Of a DNA stretch of 52,680 nucleotides, positions 44,113 through 52,680 are shown one piece after another. The notes under the pieces were generated by a model. That model did no database searches. It was given only the letters and a program-made list of their open reading frames with translations, and had not been told where the DNA came from. The stretch's first letter is position 1. Each line of letters starts with the position of its first letter. This DNA is from a virus. Taxonomy: Duplodnaviria > Caudoviricetes. A program made the translations under genes and the position numbers. Location of the stretch: the IMG/VR virus record IMGVR_UViG_3300035670_000286, positions 1 to 52,680 of that record. The stretch is one strand, 5' to 3'.

Positions 44113-47100
44113 TTAAAATGTCTGCTTGTAGGCATAAACTCCGGAATAAGGTGACATTGGGTGTCTGTCAACTATCATGTGAGTGGTATTGGCGATTGCT
44201 TCCACAAGGAAGTATTCGTCATTTGCCTCAAACACATCAAATAGATCATAATCCGAGGTAAAGTTAGTTCCTGTTCCTACCACGAACGGTACGGTATTGC
44301 TGAAGGAATCTTCGTCAACGGACTCCAGTGGAGTCTCTGAGTAATCATCTAGAGTTACTTCTGTCAAACTAACCTCTAATGAAGATACACTTCCTGGTAC
44401 TTTTGCATATCTTATATAGTTAGACAATGTTAGCGGCGCTTGCTGATATTCAGCATTTAACTGCTGGTCACCAACTAGCAATTCTGTTCCAGGAACAACT
44501 GTATCAAACGTCAGGTTACTCAGAATTTCAATATCTAAATCTTCAAACTGAGTATTGTATGGGTTGACGTTTGTATTTGGCTTGACAACAATCTCATTCT
44601 GGAAAATATCTTCTTTGAGTTTTGTTTGTCCAGAGAATCCAGACTCAGTAGGACTTGGCGATGCTTTGATTGTGTTATCATAAACAGCACCAAAAATTTC
44701 ATTCAGAGGTCTATCCGCAAGGGTAGCAATTTGATCGGATTGATAATCCGCAAAAACTCCTTCTGCAAATAGTGCAAATCTAAATCCTGTAGCAATGTAA
44801 GATACAACAAATTGCCTATCATGATTTTCAGGCGCAGACGCATTCGCATTCGAAGGAACTTGTCTGACCATTTCAGTTGTCAATCTAGCAAACGATCTAA
44901 AGTAATCGTTGAAGGTATTTTCCGCATACGTTTTTTGAATTCCGTAATTTTCTGATTCTGGAGAAAAATCTTCAAAGGTTTCATTTGCAGCATCAGCAAG
45001 AATTGCATCTGCCATTGACTGTGAGGTAACTGGAGTGGTAGTTTTAACTTGTTGAACCATTTCGGTTCTAAAGATATCTTTTTCACTCTTAGTGGTAATT
45101 GCTTGACCAGTTGACAGCGGTGATGGGAACACGCTGATAACTTGTGAATCTACCGTATCATAATAGACTTCAAAATGTTCTATTCTTCTTTGTTCTAATG
45201 TGTCGTTTTCAAACGCAGAAATTGGTGCATCAAAATATGCAATTGGTTTAGTTCCGGACGTAGTATAAGAAACTACCAATTCTCTGTGAGGCGTGATAGT
45301 TCCATCTTCAACTGTAATGATTCTTTGAATCATTTCAGTTCCGGTAAATGGATATGTTCTATAGTATCGACTAAATGACGAGTCGCCAAATGTGGTGTTG
45401 GTTCCTTGATATACCGCTTCAGCAATTAAATCGTCAAGATTTTCTGCACCATATTCCAAGAAAGTCAAGTCTTGCACCAGCAAGCCATAGGCAGACACGA
45501 TACCTTCTGCTGCTTGGAATTTCTGTGGTGCAACTGAAGAGAATGTTATGGTAACATCGACTACTGATGGCGCAGGACTTACTACAACGCCATACTCTTG
45601 ATGAACCGCAACTGGAATATCAAATGTGATGATAATTGGCAGTTCTCTATCCAACTCAATATCGTCTGTCGATACTTCGTTGCTTACAATGTATGGTTCA
45701 ATAGAAATTGATGCATCTAAGAACGTCAGAATTTCAACGTTGAATTCTCTTCTGAAGATATCTCTTGGGTCTTCCGATCCTTCAGATTGTCCTGTCGGAC
45801 TTGGAGATATGAACATTGGAATGCTAATCGCATCGACATCCGCATGATACTGTTCCAATCCAACTTCTGAGAATGCTGATAGAAGTTCGTTTTCGTAAGT
45901 GGCAATTGTTACTTCATCATAAATTTCGTAACCAAAACCACGAGAGTAGTATTGATTTACATACTCTTTTTGGATAGGCAGAGAAACCGAGAATGCTTCT
46001 TTAGCATCACCAATCTGCTTAACAAATTCGGTGTATGTTTTTGGAAAGTCTCTTAATACAAAGTCAAAAGTATAATTTTCGTATGTCTCAGTCTGACCAT
46101 CATAGATTGCATTCAAAGTATTGCCGCCAATTGTCATGCCGGCAATTTCTTGAATAGGTTCATCACCTAAAATAAATCTATATGACCATGCCTCTTCAGG
46201 TGCAATTTCAACCTGAAGTTCTGTTCGGAAAATATCCCTTGATGTTCTTTGACTTTCGGCTTGACCGGTGATCAGAGGAGAAGGCGAAGCCTTAACTGTT
46301 GCAGATTCAATTTCTGAATAGAACAAATCAAATGCATCTGATGCTACCGCAGAGATTGTAGTATTTGAGTATTCTGCGATTGGGCGAGAATCATTTGTGA
46401 GATATTCAAATCCATGCAAAGGAACGTCAAGAACGTATTCGCCTTCATTTTCAATTTGTAGGTCTGCAACATTTGGTAACTTATCGAAAATAACAACTTC
46501 GGTTGATCTTCTTGGATATTGAATCCATTCATCTGCAAAAGTTTCATTTGCATGAAGTGAAATTGGAACTGTTGCTACATCTTCAATAGTGTTTTCTGCC
46601 CAATTTGCCTGACTGTAGCCTTGAACGTCTTCTGCGAAAGATACAATAATCTTTCTAAGTGGCTCAAGTCCAGCAACAATTGAGGTGTCTATTTGTGGAG
46701 AAACATAAACAACAAATTCTCTTACCTGTGTATCCACCTGATTCATTTCGAGGTTAGATACCGACTCTAAATCATCTCCACCAGGAACCAACTTGATAAC
46801 GTATTCTCTAAAGTGTCCGCCATCACCAACAACAACTTCAGTAGGTTCAATAATAACGTTTGTGGGTGCACTAATTGGTTCAATTTGGAATTCACCAAAC
46901 TCGACACCTGCAACAACAAGACTGTAAATTTCAATAACAAAGTCTTTAAGCGTTTCAATATAAGATTTGAACTCTGGTGTTACGCTTACAGAGTCAATCA
47001 GTAACAATTCACCGAATAGTTGTAGACCTGCGGGGTGAATTACTTTCTTAACGGTGTCAATATACTTTTCTACAGTCAAACCACTCTTGATAACATAAGA

Positions 47101-48954
47101 GTAGTCTTGATAGTAATACGAGTCTTGTAGAACTTTATAGTTTACTTTGCCGTCATCATCAAGCCAAGAACCTGTCTTAACACCAATACCAGAAATGATT
47201 GGTGTTAGATTAGCATTTCCATCACCCGCGCCTGTTGCGTCTGCACTTGCTGTAGTGTAGTTAATACCGAAATTAGAAATATCAAGTGCGCGAATAGAAC
47301 CAATACCAGTCGCATTATTTGCTGCGTCAACTTCAACGTTTGCACTCATACCTTGAATGCCAGTTACGGTTAACTGCGCGTCTGCGCCAGTCGAAGTGTT
47401 TACTGTAATTGTGGGTAGATCATCTGCATCGTATCCATCACCGAAGTTTGTGAATTCAACTCTAGCAATAGGACCAAATGAACCTACATCCCAGTCCTCA
47501 GTCTTAAGAACGTCTTCATAACTTTGTTCAAACACAAGTTCGAACCCATCTTCAAAAAGAAGAGTGTTTGAATATGAAGAGTTTGCTACAACAGACGCAA
47601 CTTGACCTACCGCATTTGCACCTGTAGTTGCGGTGATAATGAGTGGATCGCCGACCGCATAGTTTGTGCCTGGATTGTCTATAGTAATTAACTTATCACT
47701 TAGCAATCCCAAAGATTCGATTGTAGTATCAACAAGAGTAATCTGAGGTGATGCAAAATATCCAGAGCCTCTGCTTACAATAGAGACTTTAGATATTTCA
47801 CCAACTTCATAACTTGTGTTTCCGCTAGTAACTGTATATGTGTTTGCAATTTCAGTAACGCGAACAATTAAGCCAGTACCGCCGGTACCTACGTTATTGA
47901 TTGTTGCTTGAGTACCAACTCTATAACCATAACCAATTTCATTAGTTTTTAGTTTAGTAATTGGGGATTGACGAATAGAGGAAACTACCGCTTGTGCTTC
48001 GGAACCATCTCCAGTAATGGAAATAATATCACCAACTTGATATCCAGAACCACCATCATTGATATCAAAACCTGCAACGATACCGTAAAGTGTTGCATTC
48101 AAATTTTCATCGTCAATGTCTACAATTTCTTCTCCTCCTGAAAAATCAGCAGAAACAAGTTTCAATGTTAATTCTGCGGTTTCAAGAGAACCAATGAAGA
48201 ATTTTTTAATGTCAACTACAAACGCAAGCGCACCAGATGTTTTACCTCTGATTGTTTTGTTTAGAAAATCAAAGATACTTCTTTCGTATTGGTTACCAAA
48301 TTCGTTGGTACCAAAAGCAACTGCGCCAGTTCGAATGATTTGGGTTCGTTCAAAGTTACCATCAGATGCTCTAATAATGTCATCGCCTGGATAGTAGAAA
48401 TCAATTTCTTCATTATAGAGTAATCTGAATAAGAATCTATATGACTGCTCATTACTCTTAGAATTAAAGAAATCTTTAAACTTTGACGCAAGAAGAGGTT
48501 TATTTCCGAAATAACTGATAGGAATTGTAGGATATAACTCTTCCTTTAGAAACTCAAAATATTTGTCGATTGATGTTTCTAAGTTGCGATAATCTAAAAT
48601 ATTACCGCTTGCTCGAATTACGTTATCTTTTACAGAATATATTTCTGCTTCAGCGGAAGATGTTTGTCCTGCGATTGTTTCAAGTTTTTGAAATGGCTTT
48701 TTAGTTGTTACTTGAACTACAATTGCACCATCTTTAATTTCTTTAATTACACCAGTAGCACCTGATGTTTGTCCGAGAACTTGTTCTCCTCGCTGAAATA
48801 CACCGGTTAAATTCGTGTAGGTAATTGTAGAGGTTTCAAGCCATTCATAATATGCCTTTAAAAAAAGCAAAAAACGTTCGTTATCTTCGGAGAAACCATC
48901 TCCGAAGAACGAATCTACATTTAATGAAGGATTGAATTTTATTTCGTTAGACAT
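44113..48954 (-). CDS. g7: Baseplate wedge initiator (gp7-like) with a ~950-aa acidic repetitive C-terminal extension
   Basis: F..FLKAYYEWLE, SYRFLFRLLYNEE...YYP...I.RASDG, LQDSYYYQDYSYVIKS...VKKVIHPAG..LFGE; lies between g6 and g8. Confidence 0.8.
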   Translation of the reverse strand: MSNEIKFNPSLNVDSFFGDGFSEDNERFLLFLKAYYEWLETSTITYTNLTGVFQRGEQVLGQTSGATGVIKEIKDGAIVVQVTTKKPFQKLETIAGQTSSAEAEIYSVKDNVIRASGNILDYRNLETSIDKYFEFLKEELYPTIPISYFGNKPLLASKFKDFFNSKSNEQSYRFLFRLLYNEEIDFYYPGDDIIRASDGNFERTQIIRTGAVAFGTNEFGNQYERSIFDFLNKTIRGKTSGALAFVVDIKKFFIGSLETAELTLKLVSADFSGGEEIVDIDDENLNATLYGIVAGFDINDGGSGYQVGDIISITGDGSEAQAVVSSIRQSPITKLKTNEIGYGYRVGTQATINNVGTGGTGLIVRVTEIANTYTVTSGNTSYEVGEISKVSIVSRGSGYFASPQITLVDTTIESLGLLSDKLITIDNPGTNYAVGDPLIITATTGANAVGQVASVVANSSYSNTLLFEDGFELVFEQSYEDVLKTEDWDVGSFGPIARVEFTNFGDGYDADDLPTITVNTSTGADAQLTVTGIQGMSANVEVDAANNATGIGSIRALDISNFGINYTTASADATGAGDGNANLTPIISGIGVKTGSWLDDDGKVNYKVLQDSYYYQDYSYVIKSGLTVEKYIDTVKKVIHPAGLQLFGELLLIDSVSVTPEFKSYIETLKDFVIEIYSLVVAGVEFGEFQIEPISAPTNVIIEPTEVVVGDGGHFREYVIKLVPGGDDLESVSNLEMNQVDTQVREFVVYVSPQIDTSIVAGLEPLRKIIVSFAEDVQGYSQANWAENTIEDVATVPISLHANETFADEWIQYPRRSTEVVIFDKLPNVADLQIENEGEYVLDVPLHGFEYLTNDSRPIAEYSNTTISAVASDAFDLFYSEIESATVKASPSPLITGQAESQRTSRDIFRTELQVEIAPEEAWSYRFILGDEPIQEIAGMTIGGNTLNAIYDGQTETYENYTFDFVLRDFPKTYTEFVKQIGDAKEAFSVSLPIQKEYVNQYYSRGFGYEIYDEVTIATYENELLSAFSEVGLEQYHADVDAISIPMFISPSPTGQSEGSEDPRDIFRREFNVEILTFLDASISIEPYIVSNEVSTDDIELDRELPIIITFDIPVAVHQEYGVVVSPAPSVVDVTITFSSVAPQKFQAAEGIVSAYGLLVQDLTFLEYGAENLDDLIAEAVYQGTNTTFGDSSFSRYYRTYPFTGTEMIQRIITVEDGTITPHRELVVSYTTSGTKPIAYFDAPISAFENDTLEQRRIEHFEVYYDTVDSQVISVFPSPLSTGQAITTKSEKDIFRTEMVQQVKTTTPVTSQSMADAILADAANETFEDFSPESENYGIQKTYAENTFNDYFRSFARLTTEMVRQVPSNANASAPENHDRQFVVSYIATGFRFALFAEGVFADYQSDQIATLADRPLNEIFGAVYDNTIKASPSPTESGFSGQTKLKEDIFQNEIVVKPNTNVNPYNTQFEDLDIEILSNLTFDTVVPGTELLVGDQQLNAEYQQAPLTLSNYIRYAKVPGSVSSLEVSLTEVTLDDYSETPLESVDEDSFSNTVPFVVGTGTNFTSDYDLFDVFEANDEYFLVEAIANTTHMIVDRHPMSPYSGVYAYKQTF

Positions 48955-48959
48955 TTTTA

Positions 48960-50780
48960 TTATCTATTAACTAGACTAATTGTTTTGTCATCTATCATGC
49001 TTACTGAAATATCTTGATCTCTAATTTGTAAAATTTGATTTCTAAGAGGTAGAATGTCTTTATTTTGCGGAATAGCAGTTAATTTTAATGTAGAACTACC
49101 ATCATTGAAAGCGGAAACTGAAAAATTTGACAGAACTACTGTACCTGTGCTATAATTTAAGGTGCCAACGTTTGATGCAACACCAATTCTTTCAGAGCGA
49201 ACCAATTGATATACCCTAACAATACCGTTATTTTCTTCCAAGAAACAGTCTGAAAGACCCGCATAAGTAAATGCATTTGAAGTTAATTGATTGCCCACAC
49301 CGTATGGATGATCTGATGGTCTACCATTTGTGGTAGAGTTAATAGCATTTGAAAACCTAACTTCAACTCTCTGCGGAACATTCAATTGAATATTTTTTTC
49401 AATTCTCATTCTAATATTTAGGTCGGAGTTTAAGATTGATCTTTCCGACAAGTCGATTAGACGAGATAATTTAGAGTATCTAAAATACTTTGAAAATTGA
49501 TCAATATCAGAGTCGTTGTAATTTTTGATAGTGTCAACGATAATATTTCTGATTGAATTTTGACTTAATGTAGTAATATCAGAATTGTATTTTACCGTAG
49601 AAGAAATTAAAAGATACAGATATTCTGGATCAACAATTTCAGTTCTTACAGTAAGAATTTTTTTAGGATTAATAATACCTCGAATTAAGTTAGTTTTTTC
49701 AGTAGCACTTAATACATCACCTACAGTAGGCTTAATCGCAATAAAAACTTTTCCATATTCTGGTGGGTCATTATCCTCACCTCCCCAAACTACTACCGAA
49801 TCTACAATTGATTGTTGCAACAAAAGACCTTTATAGTCTTCGGATGTAACTGCACGATTTTGTGCCTCATAAGTTTTAGGTGCGGAAAACTTAATATGGT
49901 TGATTGTTTCTTTACCCAATCCACCTGCTGCTGGATCATCTGGCACAAAAGATATTGATGTTACACCAGCAATGCTACTTGAAAATGTCACAGACTCAAC
50001 ATCGTTGGCTAAGTTTCCCTTTGAAACGAGGTACTCTAAAACAACAATGTTTCCGTTTTCTAAAGCAACACCAAAAACACCATCTCCGAATCTTACTTCA
50101 TACAAACCATCCGAACCTTCTTCTAAGAAATAAACTGGAGAAATTGAAGTTATCTCAATTAAATTGTCAGGACGAATAAAAGTTCTTGTTGTTGTATCGG
50201 TAGATGAATTCAAAACCTTTACAATTAGAGTAGAGGTGTCTGCGTTTACGTTTAGTAATTTAAATTTTTGATCTGGGTCGTTTACATTAACTTGAAATGT
50301 GTTTCTAACAAAAGTTCCTTCAGTTAGGGTTACGTCTGAAGCAACATATGAACCTGATTCTGAAACAACATTAATTGCTTCTGTATTCAGAAAGTTAAAA
50401 GTAACACCATCTAAAGTTCCGGAAAATTTTGTATAAGCAGGAATTGTAACTGTTGCAGGAGAACCTGTCGGAGTTACAGTAAGAGTTCCTGTAATTTTGG
50501 CGGAAGTAACAGAGCGAGGAGTGTAGTTCAATGCCTTCGCAGCATTAACTACCGATCCTCTTTTTTGTGCGGTATTCAAAAACGCTTCATTCAATACCAT
50601 GTTTAGGTAGAATGAATTATAGTAAGTATTATATGCAAGAAGGTCCAACAATACGTTCAGACCAGACCCCTCAAAGTTATAATCTCTGAATTGATCTTGT
50701 GCCTGTAAGAAACTTCTTAAATTAGTCTTTATTCCTTGAAAGTCTAATTCATCTACTTTTAAATTTAAGTTGTCAGCCAT
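48960..50780 (-). CDS. g6: Baseplate wedge subunit
   Basis: LDF..IK.NL..FL..Q..F.DYNFEGSGL.VLLDLLAYNTYYN, FGDGVFG, QNRAVT.EDY, WGGEDNDPP.YGKVFI. Confidence 0.95.
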   Translation of the reverse strand: MADNLNLKVDELDFQGIKTNLRSFLQAQDQFRDYNFEGSGLNVLLDLLAYNTYYNSFYLNMVLNEAFLNTAQKRGSVVNAAKALNYTPRSVTSAKITGTLTVTPTGSPATVTIPAYTKFSGTLDGVTFNFLNTEAINVVSESGSYVASDVTLTEGTFVRNTFQVNVNDPDQKFKLLNVNADTSTLIVKVLNSSTDTTTRTFIRPDNLIEITSISPVYFLEEGSDGLYEVRFGDGVFGVALENGNIVVLEYLVSKGNLANDVESVTFSSSIAGVTSISFVPDDPAAGGLGKETINHIKFSAPKTYEAQNRAVTSEDYKGLLLQQSIVDSVVVWGGEDNDPPEYGKVFIAIKPTVGDVLSATEKTNLIRGIINPKKILTVRTEIVDPEYLYLLISSTVKYNSDITTLSQNSIRNIIVDTIKNYNDSDIDQFSKYFRYSKLSRLIDLSERSILNSDLNIRMRIEKNIQLNVPQRVEVRFSNAINSTTNGRPSDHPYGVGNQLTSNAFTYAGLSDCFLEENNGIVRVYQLVRSERIGVASNVGTLNYSTGTVVLSNFSVSAFNDGSSTLKLTAIPQNKDILPLRNQILQIRDQDISVSMIDDKTISLVNR

Positions 50781-50783
50781 TTA

Positions 50784-51167
50784 TTATACTCTTTGTATTG
50801 TTGTTGTTACACTAGAATTTACATTCATATTCTTGATGACATACTCTACTGTAATTTTCACCCCATTGTTATTATCGGCAAGGGCTTCAACTTTTTTCAA
50901 TATAACTCTGCTTTCGTTTTTCTGAATAGCGTTTGCAATTTCTCTCTCTAAATCAACTATCTCAAATGGATTTAAACTTGAAAATAAAAACTTCTTAATG
51001 TTTGTTCCATACTCCGGCAAGAAAGGCTTCGTGCCTTTCTGTGTCAGAATGAGATTTTTGATCGAACGCTTGATTGCAACTTCATTAGTAATTGGGCGAA
51101 CATCGCCTGTCACCGGATTTGGGGTGAAGTCTAAAGGTAAATCTTTATAGAATACGATGCCAGCCAT
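50784..51167 (-). CDS. g25: Baseplate wedge subunit
   Basis: YKDL.L.F..NP.T.D, N..AIKRSIKNL.LT..G..PF.P.YG. Confidence 0.92.
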   Translation of the reverse strand: MAGIVFYKDLPLDFTPNPVTGDVRPITNEVAIKRSIKNLILTQKGTKPFLPEYGTNIKKFLFSSLNPFEIVDLEREIANAIQKNESRVILKKVEALADNNNGVKITVEYVIKNMNVNSSVTTTIQRV

Positions 51168-51191
51168 TGCCTTTTCCTAATTTGTTTTCTT

Positions 51192-51198
51192 TATTTAT
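51192..51198 (-). promoter_or_regulatory. Variant late promoter (ATAAATA) overlapping the Hc1-like stop
   Basis: GCA-TAA-ATA upstream of g25. Confidence 0.5.
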
Positions 51199-51380
51199 GC
51201 CTGTTTTTCTACCGCTTTTGCATCCTGAATCTCTTTTCTACGTTCTTTTACCGCTTTTGCGATTTCAGCAAGTGCTTTTCTTGCGCGAGTTCCAGCAGCC
51301 TTTACACCCTTCACTTCAAACTTTTCGTTTTCAGATAGGTAAGTTTCAAAAAGATTTACTAAGTTTTCATGGTTTGTCAT
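51195..51380 (-). CDS. Histone H1-like (Hc1 family) small basic protein
   Basis: E.EKF..KGVKAAGTRARKAL.EI.K..KE.RKEIQ signature; AGGAG SD. Confidence 0.78.
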   Translation of the reverse strand: MTNHENLVNLFETYLSENEKFEVKGVKAAGTRARKALAEIAKAVKERRKEIQDAKAVEKQA

Positions 51381-51403
51381 AGTTTTCTCCTAGGTTTATA
51401 AAA

Positions 51404-52288
51404 TTATTCTTCTGGTGGAGGCGTCGGAAATACTAAGCCCGCGGCCAAACCAGCAGAAATTGCTGTTGGTGTTAATGATGATCCGCTATCAGAAATAGAC
51501 AATGAAGACCCTGAGGTGGATACAGTATCGCCTGTTGTTGATATTGTGTTACCCGTTGTAGAAATTGATCCGCCTGTTGTTGAAATTGTATTTGCAATTG
51601 TAGACAGATTCTTTCCATTAATGGTAAAATTATTGTTTGCGGTAAGAACAATGTTATTTGCAGTTGCAATAAGATTATCTCTAGCAAAGATGCTGCTAGT
51701 GTTACTTGTAACTACACAAGTGTTTGTTGTCGCAACAATACTGTTTGATGTTACTGATACCACATTTGCATTAGCCGAAATCGTGTTAGCCGTTATGTAG
51801 ACATTATTTGATGTATATACTGTGATTGCTCCATTTGAATCAATATCAATTTTTGATCCTGTTGCGTGATATACTGTAATATGACCATTTGCTTCAGTAG
51901 GCGACTTAGTAACAACTTCGATATAGTTATTTGCAATTTCCCAGCATACTGTATTTGCCGAGTTACCTCTGGTGTGAACTCTATTAAAATTTCTAGGTGT
52001 TTTTTTAGTAGGAATATATCCTACGATTGCGGGCTCTTGTGCATTAAATGAATCAAGAAAAAATCCAAATACCCAATCACCTAACGCAAGTGATGCATAA
52101 AGATTAGGGGTATTGGTTGGATGTATTGCTGTCGCCCACGGCAAATCAGCCGTTGGTATTTGTGTAGTATCATCATGATATCCAAACACTCGAACCTTAC
52201 ATCTTCCAAGTGTTTCTGGATCAATCACATCTTCAACTACACCAATCCACCAAACAAACCCATCATGTCCCAAAAAATTCTGCATCAA
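51404..52288 (-). CDS. g5: Baseplate hub / spike protein (gp5 OB fold plus beta-helix, no lysozyme domain)
   Basis: F.WWIGVVED..DP..LGRCKVRVFG.H, LPWA, G.WVFGFFLD...AQ.P.I.G, YHATGS.I.I; repetitive C-terminus. Confidence 0.88.
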   Translation of the reverse strand: MMQNFLGHDGFVWWIGVVEDVIDPETLGRCKVRVFGYHDDTTQIPTADLPWATAIHPTNTPNLYASLALGDWVFGFFLDSFNAQEPAIVGYIPTKKTPRNFNRVHTRGNSANTVCWEIANNYIEVVTKSPTEANGHITVYHATGSKIDIDSNGAITVYTSNNVYITANTISANANVVSVTSNSIVATTNTCVVTSNTSSIFARDNLIATANNIVLTANNNFTINGKNLSTIANTISTTGGSISTTGNTISTTGDTVSTSGSSLSISDSGSSLTPTAISAGLAAGLVFPTPPPEE

Positions 52289-52522
52289 TTATCCCTTGTG
52301 CTTAAAATACTGTATGCGTCTTTCTTGATCGCGAAACCACTCATCTGATGGTTTGCCTTCACCTTTATAATACACTAAAGGTCTTCCAGTTTTCTTTGAA
52401 ACAATAGCCCATCGACCATCAACTTGTTTTAATACTTCAACAAGTTCTGGTCCGTAAACGTCTTCTTCCCACTCTTCTTGTGAGACAGGAGTTCCTTGAA
52501 TAAAATCTTTAAAGCGTTTCAT
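52289..52522 (-). CDS. Hypothetical protein, possible internal head protein
   Basis: MKRFKDFI N-terminus; LVEVLKQVDGRWAIVSKKTGRPL...ERRIQYFKH. Confidence 0.65.
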   Translation of the reverse strand: MKRFKDFIQGTPVSQEEWEEDVYGPELVEVLKQVDGRWAIVSKKTGRPLVYYKGEGKPSDEWFRDQERRIQYFKHKG

Positions 52523-52680
52523 AGTCTGTCTAATTCTGAGGTGTCTAATGCATCAGGAGGAACATTGTCGCGAATCCAAGTCAGCAATTGTTTTTTAACT
52601 TCAATTTCTTTTTTTGCTGGTTTGCCTGGCTCTTTGAGTTGTAGATACTCAAAGTCTTTGATGACTGGTCGATTCTTTGC
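52519..52680 (-). CDS. 3' end of an unidentified gene (5' part is outside the window)
   Basis: Open frame ...AKNRPVIKDFEYLQLKEPGKPAKKEIEVKKQLLTWIRDNVPPDALDTSELDRL*; ATGA overlap with the next gene. Confidence 0.6.
   Translation of the reverse strand, partial: AKNRPVIKDFEYLQLKEPGKPAKKEIEVKKQLLTWIRDNVPPDALDTSELDRL

Noticed and set aside
128-52348. Numerous plus-strand ORFs (e.g. 401-988, 1221-1823, 1998-2564, 2620-3411, 19242-19673)
   Set aside because: They lie antisense to well-supported minus-strand genes, lack recognisable motifs and look like codon-bias shadows.
1-52680. tRNA genes, CRISPR arrays, alternative genetic code
   Set aside because: Intergenic gaps are short and explained by promoters and terminators; no cloverleaf or repeat-spacer pattern seen by eye; core genes translate full-length in the standard code. 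A tRNAscan/Infernal run would be needed to be certain.

Overview
A 52.7-kb segment of a large T4-like (T4 superfamily, marine/freshwater cyanophage-pelagiphage type) myovirus genome. Every credible gene is on the minus strand. From high to low coordinates it holds: the baseplate module (g5, an Hc1-like gene, g25, g6, an enlarged g7, g8, VrlC/DUF4815); a tail-fibre cassette with two paralogous ~510-aa tip proteins; neck, terminase and tail genes (g13-g18 and two tandem g19); the head module (g20, g67, g68, g21, g22, g23); g3, uvsY, uvsW, g55, g47 and g46; and an accessory region. The accessory region encodes peptide deformylase, a GNAT-like/2OG-Fe(II) dioxygenase fusion, a fold-type II PLP enzyme, dCMP deaminase, an amino-methyltransferase, a zinc-ribbon protein, a metallopeptidase-VWA/MoxR ('CobT/CobS') pair, a GT-A glycosyltransferase and DUF3310. 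T4 late promoters (TATAAATA), near-perfect sigma70 promoters and intrinsic terminators can be read directly from the sequence. The strongest leads are (i) a candidate DNA hypermodification pathway, (ii) a late-promoter / antiterminator / terminator RNA switch in front of the portal gene, and (iii) a perfect-consensus antisense promoter in the g55 leader. All assignments come from motif and synteny recognition by eye; no database searches were run.
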